Source: Candidatus Jordarchaeia archaeon (GTDB lineage Archaea; Asgardarchaeota; Jordiarchaeia; Jordiarchaeales; Jordiarchaeaceae). Taken from it: 29,175 bases of DNA. This document shows positions 26,328-29,175 of this stretch, one piece after another. The notes under the pieces were generated by a model. It worked only from the letters and a program-made list of their open reading frames with translations, made no database searches and was not told where the DNA came from. Location of the stretch: the NCBI GenBank assembly GCA_029856435.1, contig JAHQXB010000071.1, forward strand, positions 1 through 29,175. The letters are read 5' to 3'. A program made the position numbers and the translations under genes. Each line of letters starts with the position of its first letter. Position 1 is the stretch's first letter.

Positions 26328-27564
26328 TCATATGGGAGGTTTAGATAAAGGTATTTTGAGAGAATTCTCTATTCTGAGAAGCTCATTTATCTTGGCCATA
26401 CGCTCTCCTCCCATTATTCCTATTTTAATTATTGGACAATTTAATCCAACTGCGATTTGGGACAAAACAGGATCTGTAGTTTCTCCAGATCTGTGTGAAG
26501 CTATGGGGATGATTTTACTTTTATGGCAGAGATCTACGGTTGATATGGTGTCTGTTAGGGTGCCAACTTGGTTGGGTTTTATTATAGATGACGTTATTGC
26601 ATTTTTTTCTATTGCTGTTTCAAGACGCTTTTTGTTAGTCACTATTAGATCATCGCCAACTATCATGCTGTTTTTTATACTTGCGTTTAGTTTTGCGAAG
26701 TATTCAAAATCCTCTTCTTGAAATGGATCTTCGAGGTATGCTATTTCATAATTGTTTAGAAGGTGTAATAGGTATTCTAAGTGTTGTTCAGAGTTTAATC
26801 TTTTCTTTTCTTTTCTGTAAATATATTGCCCCTTATTAGGGTCCCATAACCTTGATGCCGCGGCGTCTATACCAATTTTTGCTTTTACTCCTGTCTCATC
26901 TTCAACTTTTTCTATTGCTTTAGTTAGTATTTCTAGAGCTTCCTCTATTGTTAGAGGCGCCGCCCATGCGCCTTCATCATTTCTTCCAAGCACATATTTT
27001 GAGTAGGCTTTTAGTATTAGTTCTCCTGTTACTTGGTGGATCGCTAAATTAGTTCTTGCTGCCTCTTCAAATGTTTTGGCTCCTAAAGGCAGGATCAAGA
27101 ACTCCTGAAAATCTATCGAATCCCCTTTTGTGTGCACTCCGCCCCCTATAATGTTGCTCATAGGGAATGGAAGCCTTAGCTTGTTTCCAAGGTATTGACA
27201 TAACATCAGATTTTTACTTTTTGATGCGGTCTTAGCTGTGGCGATGGAAATAGCTATTGCAGCGTTTCCACCGATTCTGCTGAGGTTTTTTGTACCATCG
27301 ATAGTCCATATTGTTCTATCGATTTCTTTTTGCTCTTCAACTTTTATTCCCTTAATTTTGGGTAACAATTCACTGTGTATAATTTGAATTGAGCGTTCCA
27401 CTCCTTCCTTAGGAAAAGCTTGAACTTCGAATTTTCCAACGCTGGCTCCAGATGGAGCGCTGGCAACAGCCTTAAAACCATTGCAATAAAGTGCAACCTC
27501 TATTGTATATTTCCCTCTAGAATCAAGAATCTTGCTTGCAGAAATACGATCTATTACTGGCGAT
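26328..27564 (-). CDS. eno: Enolase (phosphopyruvate hydratase); start codon apparently disrupted
   Basis: Frame is open from 27569: ILDSRG, APSGAS, NIIGGGVH, DFQEF, DEG, IDAAAS, EDPF.EED, VGDDL.VTN, IKPNQVGT, SHRSGET, GERMAKINELLRIE. No in-frame ATG/GTG/TTG upstream of GTG 27401; ATCG at 27564-27561 sits where ATG is expected. Confidence 0.9.
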
Positions 27565-27732
27565 TTTGCTCACCTCTCTTTAAAAGATAGGTCTAAGAAG
27601 ATATAAATAAATCTAATTACAATGATCGCTAAATCGATAGCAAACTTCTTCAGTTAATAAAAAGATGATTGGTTTGAGCGGAATAAAAGATTATTTTGAA
27701 AATAACAATTATTAAAAATTAAAAGTAGGTAA

Positions 27733-28740
27733 ATGATAGAAATGGACTATTTTATGGAGTTAAATAGTATTGAAGCGGAAATTAAAAGGAGGAAAGCACG
27801 AAAAGTTCTACTCCAATTTCCTGAAGGATTACAAAGTTCTGCAGTAAAAATTAGTAAAGCACTTAAATTAGCTACTGGAGCGGAAATAGTAATATCTGCT
27901 GATCCTTGTTGGGGAGGATGCGACCTAGCGGAAACTGCAGCCTTAAAGATTGAAGCGGATCTTTTAGTACATTTTGGTCATTCTCCTTGGCCCAAAAAAC
28001 CTAAAGTTCCTACGTTGTTCGTAGAGGCGCGTTCCGATATAGAAGTTAGAGATGTTGTATTGAGAGCGATAGGCTTTTTAAGTGCCAAGAAAATAGGCAT
28101 TGCAACAACTGTCCAACATATCCATAAATTAAATGAAATAAAAACACTACTCGAAGAAAAAGGATTTGAGGTTTTGGTAGGTAAACCTAGTGGAAGAGCC
28201 AAATACGCAGGGCAAATATTGGGTTGCGATTTGTCTAGCATCGAGAAAATAAATGTCGACCAATTTTTGTTTGTTGGCGGAGGAACTTTTCATCCATTAG
28301 GAATCGCTTTAGCTACGGGTAAGAGGGTCATAGCAGCAGATCCCTTTTCTGGAAAAGTTACTGATATGAGTGAAGAAGCCAAAAGAGTTCTTATGCGGAG
28401 ATACGCTCAGATAGCAAAAGCTAAGAACGTGAAGAGGTTTGGAGTAGTCATAGGTTTGAAGTTTGGACAAATAAATTTAAAATCTGCCAGACAGATTAAA
28501 GAAAAAATTGAAGGCAAAGGGAAGGAGGCCTACTTAATAACCTGCGAGGAAATAAATCCTGAAAGATTTGCGGGACTAGTAGACATAGAAGCACTTGTAA
28601 TAACTGCATGCCCAAGAATTGTAATTGAGGACGGACCTCAGTTTAAAATCCCTGTGGTAACGCCTATGGAACTAGACATTTTGCTTGGCATTAGAAAATG
28701 GGGGGGAATTAAAGATAAAGAAACATTTGGTTACAAATAA
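27733..28740 (+). CDS. dph2: Diphthamide biosynthesis enzyme Dph2 (2-(3-amino-3-carboxypropyl)histidine synthase)
   Basis: LLQFPEGL, PCWGGCD, LVHFGHS, TTVQH, GQILGC, GGGTFH, DPF, KFGQ, TACPRI; the three Fe-S Cys are present. Confidence 0.95.
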   Translation: MIEMDYFMELNSIEAEIKRRKARKVLLQFPEGLQSSAVKISKALKLATGAEIVISADPCWGGCDLAETAALKIEADLLVHFGHSPWPKKPKVPTLFVEARSDIEVRDVVLRAIGFLSAKKIGIATTVQHIHKLNEIKTLLEEKGFEVLVGKPSGRAKYAGQILGCDLSSIEKINVDQFLFVGGGTFHPLGIALATGKRVIAADPFSGKVTDMSEEAKRVLMRRYAQIAKAKNVKRFGVVIGLKFGQINLKSARQIKEKIEGKGKEAYLITCEEINPERFAGLVDIEALVITACPRIVIEDGPQFKIPVVTPMELDILLGIRKWGGIKDKETFGYK

Positions 28741-28861
28741 CTCAGTATGTTATGAATAGTTTAATTTAAAAACTTGGCTACGCTTCTTCAGGCAAGAATA
28801 TGAAAATGCTTCTCATAGTAAATGTTAGTTTGATAGAAAATTTTATTATTTGACTATAAAA

Positions 28862-29175
28862 CCCACATTCCGCACCCCCTTTAACATAAATATACTTTTT
28901 CATACACTGTTCCCAGAAGTGCAAGAATCTTCCGGTGAACCTCCCTGAGGTTAAGCGCCACAGTAAGTCTCTCCCCTGTCCCCACTTCCAGCAACAGGTG
29001 TATCCCCCCAAAAATCTGGAACACACGCCGCATAGCAGGCTGTATATATAGTACTTCAGTTAACTTTTGTAACAATTGTTTGGAACTGTTTTTGTGTGGC
29101 TTTCATCAAGCTTTCCGCGTTTCCTTTCAGTACGTTGTCTATGTGGTGGGTGAGTTTGTGGCGGATTTCTGAGGC
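28862..29175 (-). mobile_element. IS1634-like transposon remnant (3' end of transposase and right terminus), runs off the window
   Basis: Minus-strand peptide P.MRRVFQIFGGIHLL...LNLREVHRKILALLG..YEKVY resembles IS1634 transposase C-termini as recalled; followed by GGGGGTGCGGAATGTGGG (28879-28862), a likely terminal repeat. The upstream frame is broken. Confidence 0.55.

Noticed and set aside
27555-27720. A BHB intron or upstream mini-exon explaining the missing enolase start
   Set aside because: No BHB fold or upstream ATG exon found; a one-base indel explains it more simply.
1-29175. CRISPR array, cas genes, rRNA genes or provirus
   Set aside because: No regularly spaced direct repeats, rRNA-like sequence, integrase or capsid genes seen; no att-like duplication of the tRNA 3' end noticed.

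Overview
Archaeal chromosomal window, AT-rich, TACK- or Asgard-like gene content (lineage cannot be fixed from this window). Housekeeping genes: divergent TFB, aCPSF1/FttA, G1P dehydrogenase, UPF0179, long FKBP, the conserved rpl21e-rpoF-DUF655-ksgA-HemK run, a DRG-type GTPase, trmJ, rpl10e, ppsA, UPF0146, enolase and dph2. Accessory material: a GNAT + OSBS/NSAR pair, an OYE, btpA, a decayed IS1-family element with an 8-bp TSD, an IS1634-like remnant, three copies of a ~110-bp MITE-like element, and a 601-aa helical ORF coupled to an atypical dCTP deaminase. The main result is that ppsA is not simply frameshifted. It carries a 29-nt insertion (25246-25274) that folds into a strict bulge-helix-bulge whose predicted cut sites exactly restore the conserved EDLP motif and the reading frame, i.e. 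a candidate archaeal pre-mRNA intron in a central-metabolism gene. The tRNA-Asn gene in the same window has two non-canonical BHB introns (48/49 and 59/60). All family calls come from motif recognition by eye; no database searches were run.
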